Positions 1-13,635 of a stretch of 64,000 bases of DNA are shown piece after piece. The position numbers were made by a program, and so were the translations under genes. Origin of the DNA: Xylographa opegraphella (lineage: Eukaryota); NCBI GenBank assembly GCA_022813865.1, contig JALDZX010000082.1, positions 1 through 64,000 of the forward strand. The letters run 5' to 3'. The notes beneath the pieces are model-generated. The model ran no database searches, had not been told where the DNA came from, and saw nothing but the letters and a program-made list of their open reading frames with translations. Numbering within the stretch: position 1 is the stretch's first letter; every line of letters begins with the position of its first letter.

Positions 1-193
1 AAAAAATTAAAAAAATTAAAAAAATTAAAAAAATTAAAAAAATTAAAAAAATTAAAAAAATTAAGAAAATTAAAAAAAAATTAAAAAAATTAAAAAAATT
101 AAGAAAATTAAAAAAATTAAAAAAATTAAAAAAATTAAGAAAATTAAAAAAATTAAAAAAATTAAGAAAATTAAAAAAATTAAAAAAATTAAA
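1..193. repeat. Low-complexity tandem repeat (AAAAAATT)n with AAGAAAATT variants
   Basis: Directly visible 8-9 bp periodicity at the window start. Confidence 0.9.
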
Positions 194-194
194 T

Positions 195-2419
195 TTTTTT
201 AATAACATCGACGGCTGCCCGTTTAAGGAGTCTCGTATATAATTTTAATAACGTTAATTTCGAGTTTTTATTTTTAATCTTTTTTTCTTTTTTTCTTTTT
301 AAAGTTCGTATCTTTTAATAGTATTATTTAAGGAATTTTTATAACCGTTAAAATTAATTACTAATTTCTATATATTCTCGTCATTTAAATTTTTTTTCTC
401 TTGGCAAAATATTTATATATATCATCGTCGAAGTTTTAACTGTTATTTAAAAAGAATTATTTTTTACCTCTGCTCTTGTTTTATTGAATAGTTGTTCAGT
501 ATTTAAATCAATTTTGAAATTTCTGGCGGTACTACTTTTAGTAGTAATATATAAAATATTAAATATATTTTTATTTCTTTCGGCAATTTGAGCTCGAAGC
601 TCACATTTTTTTAATTTTAACATAATTTAATTTTAACATAATTTAACTTTCTGCTTGATTTTATTATTTCGATGTTTTTACGAAATAAATGAACTTTATC
701 CCCCTTTTTTAGCATAAAACCTTTAGATTTATATTTATTTGCGTAAAATATTAATTTAAAACCCAGGGATTTTATATTTTTTTAAATCGATATATAATCG
801 TCGAAATTCTTTAATTAATATATTTATTAAATTATTGATTTTTTCTGCGGGTCGCAGGTCTCGAAACAGTTTTATATAATGTTTATAATTAACGTAAAAT
901 AAATTTTATTTAATTATTTTTTAATACCATTTTTCATCCGTTAATTATGCTATTGGTAGTAATATAATATAATTATTTTATCGATAATTTACGTATATTC
1001 GAAAATACTATTTAATTATTTGATTTATTTTTTCTGTTTGCCCATCCCTTTGCGAATAATATTTAATTAATAGTTTATAATTGATTTTTAATTACTTAAT
1101 TAATGCCTGTTAAAAATTTAATATAAACAGCTTATTTCTGTTAAATACAATTTTATCTGGAAGTAATTATATAAAAATTATATATTTTAAAAAGATATAT
1201 ACCAAGTTCTTTATATTCAAATTTTTATATATAAAATAAAACGAACTTCCTTGGTAAATACATTTATAATTGTTAAAATAAAGTCGTAGTTAACCTTTAT
1301 TATAAATTCTTTCGATAGTAGCAATTTAATTATAAACTTTAATACTATTGAAAATCGTGATTTTAAGAATATTTCTGGTAATTTAAGCAATTTATATAAT
1401 TAATATCTTTTTTGCTTTATTTTGTAATATAAATTATATTTATTAATATACTTCTAAACGTTTTTTAAATATATAAAAAATCATAAATTCGAGTTATCCC
1501 TTTAAATATTTTATTAATACCTAAATAGCTACTTATTAAATTATTACAATATTCTTGAATATTTTCGTCGATCACACAGCTAGGTATATATATTAATTCT
1601 TAAAATAATAATAATTCGTTGCTGAAAGTAGTATATTTTTATTATTATTTTTAAGAATTTTTTGTGCTTGCTTGTCTTTGGCATAAATTAAATTATATTT
1701 TATTTTTAAATTATTATTCTGAATAGTTATCGTAGTTATAAATAAATAATTATACTTTAATATATTATTGTCTGTATTTTGCAATATCGACTATTTAATT
1801 TCTGGACGTTTTTTATATAGTCAGATCGGTCTGCTAAAAGCGTTTATTTTTATATTTTTTTAAATTCTTTTCGATAATAAATTTTAAAATTGTAGCTCGA
1901 TAATTCTTCGAATCATTTAATTTATTTTTTATTAAAAACCTTGATTGTAGTAAGATATGTCAAGTTTTTATAGTTAATATATATTTAAACAGAATATTTA
2001 ATTTTCTCGCAGTATATTTTTTATTATCTAAATCTCTTAATAATAGTTAGTGGTTTTTTTTCGTAAATTTTATAATTTTATTTTAATATATTAAATTTTC
2101 TAAAGTAAAACGCTACTGAGTATTATTTTTTATCGTTTTTTTAATTCAAATACGCTTTCATGGCAAGATTTAAAAAATTAATTTTTATAAAAATTTCTTG
2201 CCTAAATCGAATATAATTAATATTAATTCTATATTAAATCTGTATTTAAATTCGTCGATTACTTTTTATATAAAAACGTTTTATTTAAATAATACGTTTT
2301 TTTAATTATATTTATTAAGTACTAAATTATTGAAGAGTAATTTTTTACGAACTTTCGATAAAAGTTCGTCAGTTTTAAAAAGGATTATATATTTTTTACT
2401 AACTGCGGTATAGGCCATT
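195..2419 (-). mobile_element. Degenerate Ty3/Gypsy 3' part (RNase H, integrase, probable chromodomain remnants)
   Basis: Reverse complement is co-linear with ~8245-10275 (ORF 1593..1784 MQNTDNNILKYNY vs ORF 8879 MQNINNDILRYNY). Many TAA stops. Ends abruptly at TGTCACG (2420). Confidence 0.8.
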
Positions 2420-2725
2420 TGTCACGGACCGCCAAACATTATAACAGGGTAAAACTCTGGGGGGGGCAGCCCAGACAATAGAAGAGTCTAAATCGAGTAG
2501 TTAATAATAATAATCGTAGTATAAACCTGAGGTATTAAAACAATTATGGTTATTATTATTACTACAGTAGCGGGGTTATTATATAATTATAGCAGAAGTT
2601 CTCAGGACTCTGACTATATTTAATTTATATTTCGAAGGCAATAATTAGTTTTAAATAAACAATCTTTTTTATCTTTACCTTTTTTAAATATTTTTGATCG
2701 CTGCCACTATTCTGCCCTCTGTTTA

Positions 2726-4864
2726 AGAAGAGTTCCTCGGTTCGTGCACGGCCCCAGCGAATGCACGCGTAGTACTTGAGAACTTAACAGTAATCAACCT
2801 GCTGTGACTCCACCGATATAAGTTCAATTGAAGAAGCGCTAGAAGAATTAAAGTCGCAGAAACACCCCCATTACACTGATACTACTAAAGCTTTTGGGGT
2901 GGATTGAACTACGCTTTTACGGCGCTATAAAGGCCTAATTACCTCAAGAGGGGTGAACATCGATGGATCGAGGCTATTTACGAATTAGCAGAAAAAAACC
3001 CTTACTAAATATATTAATAAGTTTATACAGCGAGGTTTCCCTTCTACTTCTGCTATGATTCAAAATTTTGCTAAAAATATCCGTGGAATTTAGCCGGCAA
3101 AGAACTGGCTTTCCCGCTCCGTAAAACGAAACAGAGAAAAGCTCGACTTGAGGTATCAACTAAATTTTAATTTAAGCCGAAAATAGATAATATTTATATA
3201 TATAAACTCTATTTTAACAAGGTTAATGGTTTAGATTGGCACTGTTTTTATATTTATATATAGTAAATTGCTTCAAAAATGGCCCATTACGACATACTCC
3301 CCCAAAATATTTATAATATGAATGAGAAAGGCTTCCTGATTGGTGTTTTTTAGAAAACTAAGAGGGTAGTGTTTAAACACACTGAAATAAAGGGTACTGA
3401 TCAAGATGGAAACAGGGAGTGGATTACAGTTATGGCTACGATCTGCATGGATAGATCTTATTTTTTTATTAATCATTATTTATTAAGGCGCAGCAAACAA
3501 CCTTCAAGACTCCTGATTAAACAATTTTAAAACTGAAAAAGTTTACTTTACATTCTTTTCTACTGGTTGGACCAACGATTTTTTGGAATTCTCTTGATTA
3601 ATTAAGGTATTTGACCGGCATACCAAGAGCAAGGCACGCCTTGGGAAAGATTTCAGGGTTTTACTAATTAATAAACACGGTAGCCATATAAATATGAACT
3701 TTATAAAGTAATATAATTAACATAAAATTCTTTTGTCCGTATATGTTTTACATTTAACTCATCGGCTACAGCCACTGAATGTAAACTTATTCAATCCTTT
3801 GACAAATTATTACTTAAAAGAACTAAGCACATGGATCATAAAATACAAGAGCTGTGTAAGCTAAATAAAAAAAACTTTTTTAATTTGTTTTGGCCTGCTT
3901 ATATACGGGCGTTCAGTCAAAAGAATATAATAAATAAGTGATTGAAAATTAATCTGTTTTCTTTTAATCCAGAGGAGGTTCTAGGCCAACTTTAAGCCAA
4001 AAAGCCAACAAAATCTTATTCTAGTAGTTTTATAATCTTTACAGCCCTCTCGAATACCGATTGAATTAAAATAAATGGCCTTCTTGAAGCAGCAGTTGGT
4101 AACATGCTTGGAACAGAAGTTCGAAAAATTTTAAACACTCTTGAACAGTTTGCAGCAAAAGTCTTAATTCTAGAAGCAGAAAACGAAGATCTTAAAAGGG
4201 CAGTATACATCGAAAAAAAGAGAAAAAAACGTGGTAAATCAATGTTTAATACGTTAAGAGATAATGATTTAAAGGCCGTATTCTTTAATTCAGCTAAAAT
4301 ACGGCAGGCTCGAGAGCTTGCTATCCTCAAGAACAATAAAAAAACTATGCAAACAGAACAAAAAGCGATCGAAAAGCAAGAGAGACTGATACAAAAAAAA
4401 GCCAAGGCTGCAGAAATAGCCCAGAGGAAATTTAATAAGGAAAATGCTCGAATTCAGAAGGCGCAAGATTCGACGAAAGAAAAAGCTATTAAAAAAAGGC
4501 AAAGCTTGCTAAGCAGGCTATACAACGAATTTAAAGCGATTTCAAAGAGCGAACCAAGGGGCGTAAAAAAAAGACTCCCGCCATATTAATACAGAAAGAG
4601 GTAGCTTTGGTTGAAAAAATTGCGGTTGAGAAGAAATGGGTGAATATTAAAATAAAAAGGCTGGGAAGGCTACGAAAGCTATCAGTACGATTTCAACAGC
4701 AATATAAATAGTTAAATATTTTAATATTGATTCAATTTATTTACTGTATGAATTTGAGCTCCATATATGCATTGGTTGTGGTATGATTCGAAATTTGGTG
4801 TGGTGGTGAATTTTTGATGGGGGCGTGCATTGAGTGGGACCGTGCACGGACCGAGCAACTTTTC
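2726..4864 (+). mobile_element. pogo/Fot1-type (Tc1/mariner superfamily) DNA transposon, decayed, inserted in the Gypsy LTR
   Basis: Imperfect ~38-bp TIRs: 2731-2768 agttcctcggttcgtgcacggccccagcgaatgcacgc vs reverse complement of 4823-4860; TA at both flanks. DDE_1 remnants IYNMNEKGFLIG, DGNREWITV, TGWTND, KHGSHIN, HRLQPLNV; C-terminal coiled coil in ORF 4104..4589. Confidence 0.9.
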
Positions 4865-7800
4865 TAAGGGAACCCATCGTTATATTTTAAATATTATTTT
4901 AATAGAATACGCAAAACGATTAAAATAAAATATTTATTTTAAAATTCGTTAAAGTTAAACGATCGCAAGTTCGACAAGTTAAAAAAAACTATTATATTTA
5001 AAAAGTTCGACGATTACTATATAAAACATAATGAATTAAAAACATTTTTTTACAGATCGATGCGTATATATAAAACAATTAAAATTAGTTCTAAACAGAA
5101 AATAAAGCAATATTTACAGTAGAATTCTATAAAGGTAAAATTTTTTTATGTTTAATTATATCTATCTGACTTTTTTAATAAATAAATAACAGATCAGAAA
5201 ACCACTATAAAAAATCTTTAATAGTTAAAACGAATTTAAGAAAAAAAATAAAAAACGTATTCGAAAACGTAAACTTTAAAGTTATTTTAAAAAGAGAATT
5301 ATTCGCATTGATTCAAAGGGGCTTTATATTAAAATACGCCTTTAAGTTTTAAAGTATTATTATTAACATTAATTAAAACGAATTCGCGTAAACTGCGTAG
5401 TTTTATAAAGAATTCAACAATAAGATCAAGGATAATATATTTAAGGGAAATAAATCAAAGATATATAAAGAAACAATAATAAAAGTCATAATAATTAATA
5501 ATTAATAATGTAAACGATATATAAAAAAATTGGCCATCGTACGTTTATTATTTTAAATAAAGAACGAAAGAATTACAAGTTCGACAGAAAATTTTATTAC
5601 TTTTGAAATTTTAAGCTCGATAGCTATAAACTTCAAAAAATAAAATTTGATGTAACAACGGAACGCCCTAGATAATTTTTTAAAAAGGGATAAATATGAA
5701 TCGATAAGAAAGTTTAACCAAAAAAATGCTATAATTATAATAAAAAATTATTTCGCTAAAAATTATCGTTAATAGAAGAAAACTATCGTTAATATTATTC
5801 AAGGGAAAGGTTAAAAATGATATTTTACGCAAATAAAAACTCGTAAGAACGTTGATAAATTATAGCGAACTTTCGTAAATTATATACTACCATAATAATT
5901 ATACCATTTATTTAAACGATAAAAATGGCTTAAAACAATTTTCTATAGCGTTAATAAAAAGGGGCAGGCTGCAAGCGACAAGTCGAGGAATCAAAACTAA
6001 TATAATTTAATATTTAACCAAAGTCAGTCATAACGAAATTTAACTTTACGTCGTCAAAGCTATAAAACGAAGAAAAATCGAGTCGAACGACTCGATTATT
6101 AGCTTTTTCTAAAAGTTTACTACGCATATAATAAAGGAATATTTATAATAAAAAATATTTAATATATTTAATAAAAACTGGGAGGTACGGCAAGCAAGAA
6201 AGGCTAAAGCTATTAACGAATATATTATAAATAAATATTAATAAAACTTCGACGATAAAATAATAAAGATTTTAAAATTTATCGACGACGAATGGGAAGA
6301 AAATTCGATTAATAATAACGAAAATATTAAGCCAGAATTAAATAAACGCAAGGAATTTACCTTTTTAAAAAAGCATACGATTCGATATTAAACGTATTTA
6401 AAAATTTATTAAAAATTAATTTTGTTTAAGAAGAAGTTAATAAGTTTCGTAAAAAGTTAATATCGTTTAAAAAAACGATAGTTTTTTAGTATACAGTTTA
6501 TTAAAAATATTAAAATATTTTAAAAAATAAATTAAAATCAATAAAAACGCGTTTTAACTGGCTCGCGACCCAGCTCGACATATTTAAATCAATATTAAAA
6601 ACAGACATTCGATATCAAAATATTATTTAAAAAATACCTACCTATAGAATTCGTATTTACGATAAACGGGGAATACGTAATCTCGAACGAAAAACATATT
6701 TTTAAAGAATTTCAAAAAGTAACTTGGGCACTCAAGAAGGAATACGAGCGCCAGAATTTTAAATAATATAAAAATAAAAAAGTTAACGCAAAAAACTTTA
6801 AATTTTTAGAATTTTTGGGCCCTGCGTAAAACAAATTAATGAATTTTTTAATAAAGTTAACGAAGGCGCCTTATAATAAATCTTTAAATAAGTATAAAAG
6901 TATTTAAATAATAAAAATACATCATCGAAATTATACCCTCGCAGTAATAAATTATATAAAAACTTTTTAAATAATAATTTGTATAAATCGATACTGCGCA
7001 AAAGCTTTAATAAACTCAAAAACTTTAGTAAACTTTATATCGCCAGATTTCGCCAATAAAGTTAATATTATTGTTCAAGAAAAAAGACATTTTTACTCAG
7101 TAATAACGGTAAACGGAAAACCTTAAAAATATAATTAAAAATAAATTAATTAGAAAACCAAAGATACAAAAATTCGAATTAAACTATATATTATAGCTAT
7201 ACAATTCGATATTAACAATAATAAAAACCTACGATATAATATTAAAATTATTATAATTTAAAAAGGTTAATTTATAAATTAACTAAGCTAGGCAAATAAT
7301 ATAATTTTTTTAAAAATAAAACCATTTTTACGCGCAAACTTATTAAAAAACGATATAAAAATATGCGTAATTTTATTTAATCAGTTTCGAAAAGAAATTC
7401 GAAAACATTCAGAATAAATATAAATTTTGTAAATTAAGTTTTTAAAAAGAAGAATCAGTTTATAGCTATAATTTCCAAAGAATATAAGGAATTTGATACG
7501 TTATTTAACGAAAAATTATTAAAGAAGACTTTTTTAGCATATTAATCGTAGACCCATATTATATTCATACAAAAATAAATAAAATTAAAGAAGTTTTTAA
7601 TATATTCGTTGTTAGCAAAAAAACTGAATACACTATAAAAATACCTTAATAAAAATTAAAAGAAATTAATATAAAAAATTATAATTGTAAGCGAAATATT
7701 TTATTTTATTCGTATTGAAAAAAGAATAAACTTCGATTTTATATCGATTATCGAGGACTAAACAACGTAATTAATAGAAAATAATTATTCGTTACTCCTG

Positions 7801-8996
7801 ATTTCGAAGTTATAAAATCGACTTTAAAAAGCCAAATAATTTATAATGTTTAATATATCAGAAGCGTATAATCGAATTCGAATAAAAAAAGGCGAAAAGT
7901 AAAAAATCGCTATAAAAACGCGCTTCGAACTTTATAAATATATAATTATATTTTTGGATTTAATTAATGCTTCAGCCATTTTTTAAATTTATATTAATAA
8001 TATATTTTAAAAGTATTTAAATATATTCGTGGTAGTATAATTAAATAATATATTAATATACTTTATTAAAGAAATTAAATACAAAGAATACATTAAATAA
8101 ATGTTGCAAGTTTTAAAAAACGTAAACTTCCGTATTAAATCATAAAAATACGAGTTTTATAAATAAAAAATCGAATTTTTAAGCTATATAATTTTAAATA
8201 AAGGTCTGAAAACAAATTTATTCAAAATAAAATCAATCTTGGAATAGTTTATACCTTAGTCAGTAAAGAATATACAATTTTTTTAAAATTGGCGAATTTC
8301 TACCGAAAGTTCGTAAGGGATTATTCTCGAATAACTTAGTATTTAACAAATACAACCAAAAAAATATACTATTCTAAATGGAACGCTTTTATATAAAAAG
8401 CATTCGATAAATTAAAATACAGATTTATTACAGAATTAATATTAAATATATTCGATTCAGGTAAGAAATTTTTATAAAAATTAACTTTTCGAATCTTACT
8501 ATAAAAGTATATCCACATTAAAAAAACGATAAAAAGAATAATACTCAATAGCGTTTTATTTTAAAAAGTTTAAAACATTAAAATAAAACTACGAAATTTA
8601 CGATAAAAAACTATCAATTATTATCGAAGAATTTAAACAGTAAAAAATATACTGCGAAAAGTTTAAATATTCTATTTAAGTATATACTAATTATAAGAAC
8701 TTGATGTATTTCACTACGATCAAGGGTTTTAATAGAAAATAAATTAAATAAATTGAAAAATATATCGAACTATAACTTCGAGATTTATTATCGAAAAGAA
8801 TTTAAAAATACAAAAGCAGACGGTTTTAGCAAACATTTTAATTATATAAAAAAATAACTAGAAATTAAATAATCGATATTGCAAAATATAAACAATGATA
8901 TATTAAGATATAACTATATACTTATAACTACGATAACTATTCAGAATTATGATTTAAAAATAAGAATTAAATTAGCTTATGCTAAAAATAAGCAAG

Positions 8997-9187
8997 TATT
9001 AAAAGGCACGTGTATTTGGATCAGGGCGGGAGCAACAGTAATCGTGTATTCGGTGAAGTTCGGTATAGGCCACGAGAACGTGACATATACCTCCTACGCT
9101 AGTACTGAACTACGCTATACATAAATAGAACTAGCCTTCAGGTATTCCTTTATGCCTACCAGCAAGTGATGCTTCTACCAATTAACA
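8997..9187. mobile_element. Solo LTR (191 bp) inserted in Gypsy pol
   Basis: TATT (decayed TGTT)...TTAACA termini; 5-bp TSD GCAAG at 8992-8996 and 9188-9192; empty site in the sister copy at ~1655-1685 (minus strand). Confidence 0.9.
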
Positions 9188-10273
9188 GCAAGTACAAAAA
9201 ATTCTTGAAAAATAATAATAAAAATGTACTACTTACAGCAACGAATTAATACTATTTTAAGAATTAATATATATATTTAGCTGTGTGATCGAAGAAGTCA
9301 TTCAGGAATACTATAATAAATCAATAAATAATTATTCAGCTATTAACAAAATATTTAAAGGGATAATTCGAATTTATGATTTTCTATGTATTTAAAAAAC
9401 GTTTAGAAGTATATTAATAAATATGATTTATATTATAAAACAAGACCAAAAAATACTAATTATATAAACTGCTTGAATTACCAGAAACACTTTGAGAATT
9501 ATGGTTTTCGATAGTATTAAATATCGTAATTAAATTGCTATTATTAAAAAAATATATAATAAAGATTAAATACGACTTAATTTTAATAATTATAAATAAA
9601 TTTATTAAGGAAACTCGCTTTGTTTCGTATCTAACAAACTCGAATACAGAAAATTTAATATATATATTTTTTTAAAATATATAGTTTTTACACAATTACT
9701 GCCAGATAAAATTATATTTAACAGAAATAAACTATTTATATTAAAGTTTTAGCAGGCATTAACTAAGCAATTAAAAATTAATTATAAATTATTAATCGAA
9801 TATTATTCGCAGACAGATAAATAAATAGAAAAAATAAATTAAATAATCGAACAGTATTTCCGAATATACGTAAATTACCGACAAAACGATTAAATAATTA
9901 ACGTATAATAATAATATTAACGAAATAATTAAATAAACGTTATTTTACGTCAATTATAAATATTATATAAAACTGTTTCGAGACCCGAGACCTGCAGAGA
10001 AAATTAGCAATTTAATAAATATAATAATTAAAGAATTTCGACGACTTTATATCGATTTAGAAAAAATATAGAATTCCTGAATTTTAAATCAGTATTTTAC
10101 GTAAATAAATATAAATCCAGGGGCTTTATGCTAAAAAAAAGAAATAAAGTTTATTTATTTCGTAAAAACATCAAAATAATAAAATCAAGTAGAAAGTTCA
10201 ATTATATCAGGATTAAACCTTTTAAAATTATTTGTAATATTAAGAATGTGAGCTTCGAGCTTAAATTGTTGAA

Positions 10274-10385
10274 AAAAATAAAAATAAAAATAAAAATAAA
10301 AATAAAAATAAAAATAAAAATAAAAATAAAAATAANNNNNNNNNNNNNNNNNNNNNNNNNNNNNNNNNNNNNNNNNNNNNNNNNN
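10274..10385. other. (AAAATA)n microsatellite followed by assembly gap (N 10336-10385)
   Basis: Directly visible. Confidence 0.95.
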
Positions 10386-10447
10386 TAGAACTAGCCTTCA
10401 GGTATTCCTTTATGCCTACCAGCAAGTGATGCTTCTACCAATTAACA
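10386..10447. mobile_element. 3' end of a second copy of the 8997-9187 LTR, truncated by the gap
   Basis: 62 bp identical to 9126-9187, ending TTAACA. Confidence 0.9.
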
Positions 10448-11638
10448 GCTTTAAAAGATTTATTATTTAATTAAATTTTAAAAATAATAAAAATTCACGA
10501 TTTAATAAATATTAAATAAAAATATTAAAAATAACGCCGTTTAATATTTTTTTTATTTTATTTAAAAATAATATAAACGCTAACTTGCTATTGAATTAAC
10601 GTAATTATTAAATTAACGTAAATATTAATTTAATATAATTATTAATTTGATATAATCGTTAAATTAACGTAATCGTATATCAAGAAGCTTTTTTTTAAAA
10701 ATAATTTTTTAACGTATTTTGATAAGTAGTTCAATGAACCATTGATTTCATTATTTTGATTCCACCCATTTATTTCAATTATATACGATATTTGGAAGCG
10801 ATAAAATTTAAACGTATAAATTTTATTGTTAAAATTTACGTAATACGACGCCGCGTCGAAATTTATTATTTTAATCATTTATTAATTAAATTTTTTAACT
10901 ATTTTTTGGATAATTTAAAATTTTTGCAAATAATATTGAAAAACTCGATATCAATATTTTTTAAAATTGAAACTTTATTAAAATAAGTATTCATTATCAA
11001 TATATAATATTTTTTATTAATATGTTTATAAAAAAATTAAACTAAATTTTAATTTAAAAAAACGCATCGATTTATAAAAATTAAAAACTCGATTTAAATT
11101 ATAATAACAAAGTATTTACGTGTTAAAATAATTATTTTAATCAATTAACTGAAATTTTATTCAAAAACTTGGAATTGAAATAAAAAATTTAATATAAAAA
11201 AGTTAATATCAAAAATTTGATATAAAAAATTACAAAATCGTAAACGCTGTTTTTTAATATCGCTTAAGAAATTTAATATAAAAAATTTAATACACAACTA
11301 TATTTAATTTATTAATTTAAATCAATTAATAAAATACACGATCGCTGTCAAGCTGTAATAAATATTAAGAATAAAGCAACGAAATAATAAAATAGGTAGT
11401 AAACAATATAGTATTGTGCTAAGACGCTAAAGTAAACTAACGTTATATCCCCTGTGACCCGTAGTACTTACTGTGAGGCAACTAGAGTATAACCAATATT
11501 TTTAAGTTTCAGGCGCCGGACGTATTTTCTGCCTTAATGAGGCGGGTCCAGTGACAACCTGCCGACACAAAGTCTTTCTCCAAGAGAACGATCCTGAACA
11601 CTCTATATCTTTTACCAACTTCCGAGGCTACACTTGCA

Positions 11639-13635
11639 ATGTCTTTCGGGTATGCGTCTTCATCATCGATGGCACCAAGGCCTTGTCATGCTGACCTAAT
11701 ATTGCAGAGGGCAGACACCTACAATTATTGTGCTCAAGGAAGGCACGTCACTACCACACTCCTTTCTAGACCAATACCTTATGATTAATCATTGTACAGG
11801 CACGGACTCGTCGCAGGGAAAGGGACAGGTAATATCCAACATCAATGCCTGCTTAGCTGTTCAAGCCACTATACGAAGTACACTTGGACCTTATGGTGGA
11901 GACTTGCTGCTTGTGGACGCAAACGGTAGACAGACAATCACAAATGATGGGGCTACAGTCATGAAGGTTCATGAACATCTCCAATATTTTTGATCCTGGT
12001 GCTGACATTCTTCGGAGCTGCTCGATATTGTCCATCCAGCAGCTCGCATTCTGACAGACATCGCACGCTCTCAAGATGCCGAAGTTGGCGACGGAACTAC
12101 CTCGGTTGTTGTCCTGGCTGGAGAGGTTTTGAAAGAGATCAAGGATCATGTGGACAATGGCGTTAGCTCCCAAACCATCATCAAGGGTCTGCGAAGAGCT
12201 TCTATGATGGCTGTAAAAAAGGTTATGGAGATCGCGGTGAACACAGATGAGGGAAATAGGAGGGAAACCTTGAGGAGGTTGGCGGCAACGGCTATGAGCA
12301 GCAAATTAATACACCGGAATGCGGATTTCTTCACAAACAGTATGTTCTATGGCAGGGGCTTGCAATATCAAAGCAGGACTGACAACTATTTCAGTGGTCG
12401 TTGATGCAGTGCTGTCGCTTGACCAAGACGACCTAAATGAGAAACTTATAGGCATCAAAAAAATAACCGGTGGAGCATTGCAGGATTCGATATTTGTGAA
12501 CGGGGTGGCATTCAAGAAAACCTTTTCCTACGCAGGATTTGAGCAGCAGCCTAAGAGCTTCAAAGACCCTAAAATAGTGTGCTTGAATGTAGAGCTTGAA
12601 TTGAAAAGCGAGAAAGATAATGCAGAGGTCAGAGTAGATCAGGTCTCGGAATATCAGGCAATCGTGGACGCAGAATGGCAGATCATATATGACAAGATGG
12701 AGGCGCTTACCAAAACAGGAGCTAAAGTGGTTCTCAGTAAGCTGCCAATAGGAGATTTGGCAACGCAGTGGGTTCAAGGGCTCGCGTTAACAGGCTGGCC
12801 ATAATATTGACGTCTTATAGGTATTTTGCAGACCGGGATATCTTTTGCGCGGGTCGTGTCTCATCTGATGATCTTGAGAGGGTCGTGCAGGCTTGTGGAG
12901 GCAGCATATCGTCCACATGCTCGGATATACAATCACAACATCTAGGAACATGCGAACGATTCGACGAAAGACAAATTGGAGGGGAGAGATGCAATTTGTT
13001 CGAGGGCTGTCCAGCGGCCAAGACATGCACGCTGGTACTTAGAGGCGGAGCTGAGCAGTTCATCGCGGAGGTCGAGCGAAGTCTACACGATGCTATTATG
13101 GTTGTCAAACGAGCTATCCGGAACAGCAGTATCGTTGCTGGTGGGGGCGCTTGCGAGGTGAGAAAGCACTATCAGTTGCGCGAAACCTGCTGATGATATA
13201 ACATAGATGGAAATCTCTGCATTCCTTCACAAGTATGCTGACAAGAACATCCCGCATAAACAGCAAGCCATAATCAAGTCGTTCGCGAAAGCCCTCGAGA
13301 TCATTCCCCGACAATTGTGCGATAACGCTGGCTTCGATGCGACTGATATCCTCAATCGACTCCGAGTCGAGCATCGTAAAGGCAACATCTGGGCGGGTGT
13401 CGACTTTGAAAATGAGGGCGTTCGAGATAACATGGCGGCCTTCGTCTGGGAGCCCAGTCTAGTGAAGATCAACGCTATCCAAGCCGCAGTTGAAGCAAGT
13501 TGTCTGATTCTGAGCGTGGATGAGACGATCAAGAACGAACCGAGCGAGCAGCCGCAGGCTCCTCAACGGGGATTACCCCCGGGCGCGGCACAAAGAGCGC
13601 TGCGGGGCCGGGGCAGAGGCATGCCCAGAAGATGA
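11639..13635 (+). CDS. CCT7: T-complex protein 1 subunit eta (CCT/TRiC chaperonin), 7 exons
   Basis: Spliced [25 protein letters not shown]...TNDGATVMK...[11 protein letters not shown]...[18 protein letters not shown]...[10 protein letters not shown]. Introns 11650-11707, 11743-11799 (GC-AG), 11967-12017, 12340-12394, 12768-12820, 13158-13206. Confidence 0.95.

Larger units (their letters stand above)
2420..10275 (+). mobile_element. Degenerate Ty3/Gypsy retrotransposon (5' LTR, gag, RT, RNase H, integrase), cut off by microsatellite and gap
   Basis: LTR starts TGTCACG (2420) and ends CGTTATA (4884), interrupted by the pogo element. RT remnants: 'atcgattatcgaggactaaac' = IDYRGLN (~7743) and a decayed YLDD (~8035-8050). 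RNase H 'aactacgaaatttacgataaaaaacta' = NYEIYDKEL-like (~8588). Order RT-RH-IN. Confidence 0.8.

Noticed and set aside
1..193. Telomere- or CRISPR-like interpretation of the terminal repeat
   Set aside because: Not TTAGGG-like and has no spacers; it is a simple low-complexity repeat in a eukaryotic TE block.
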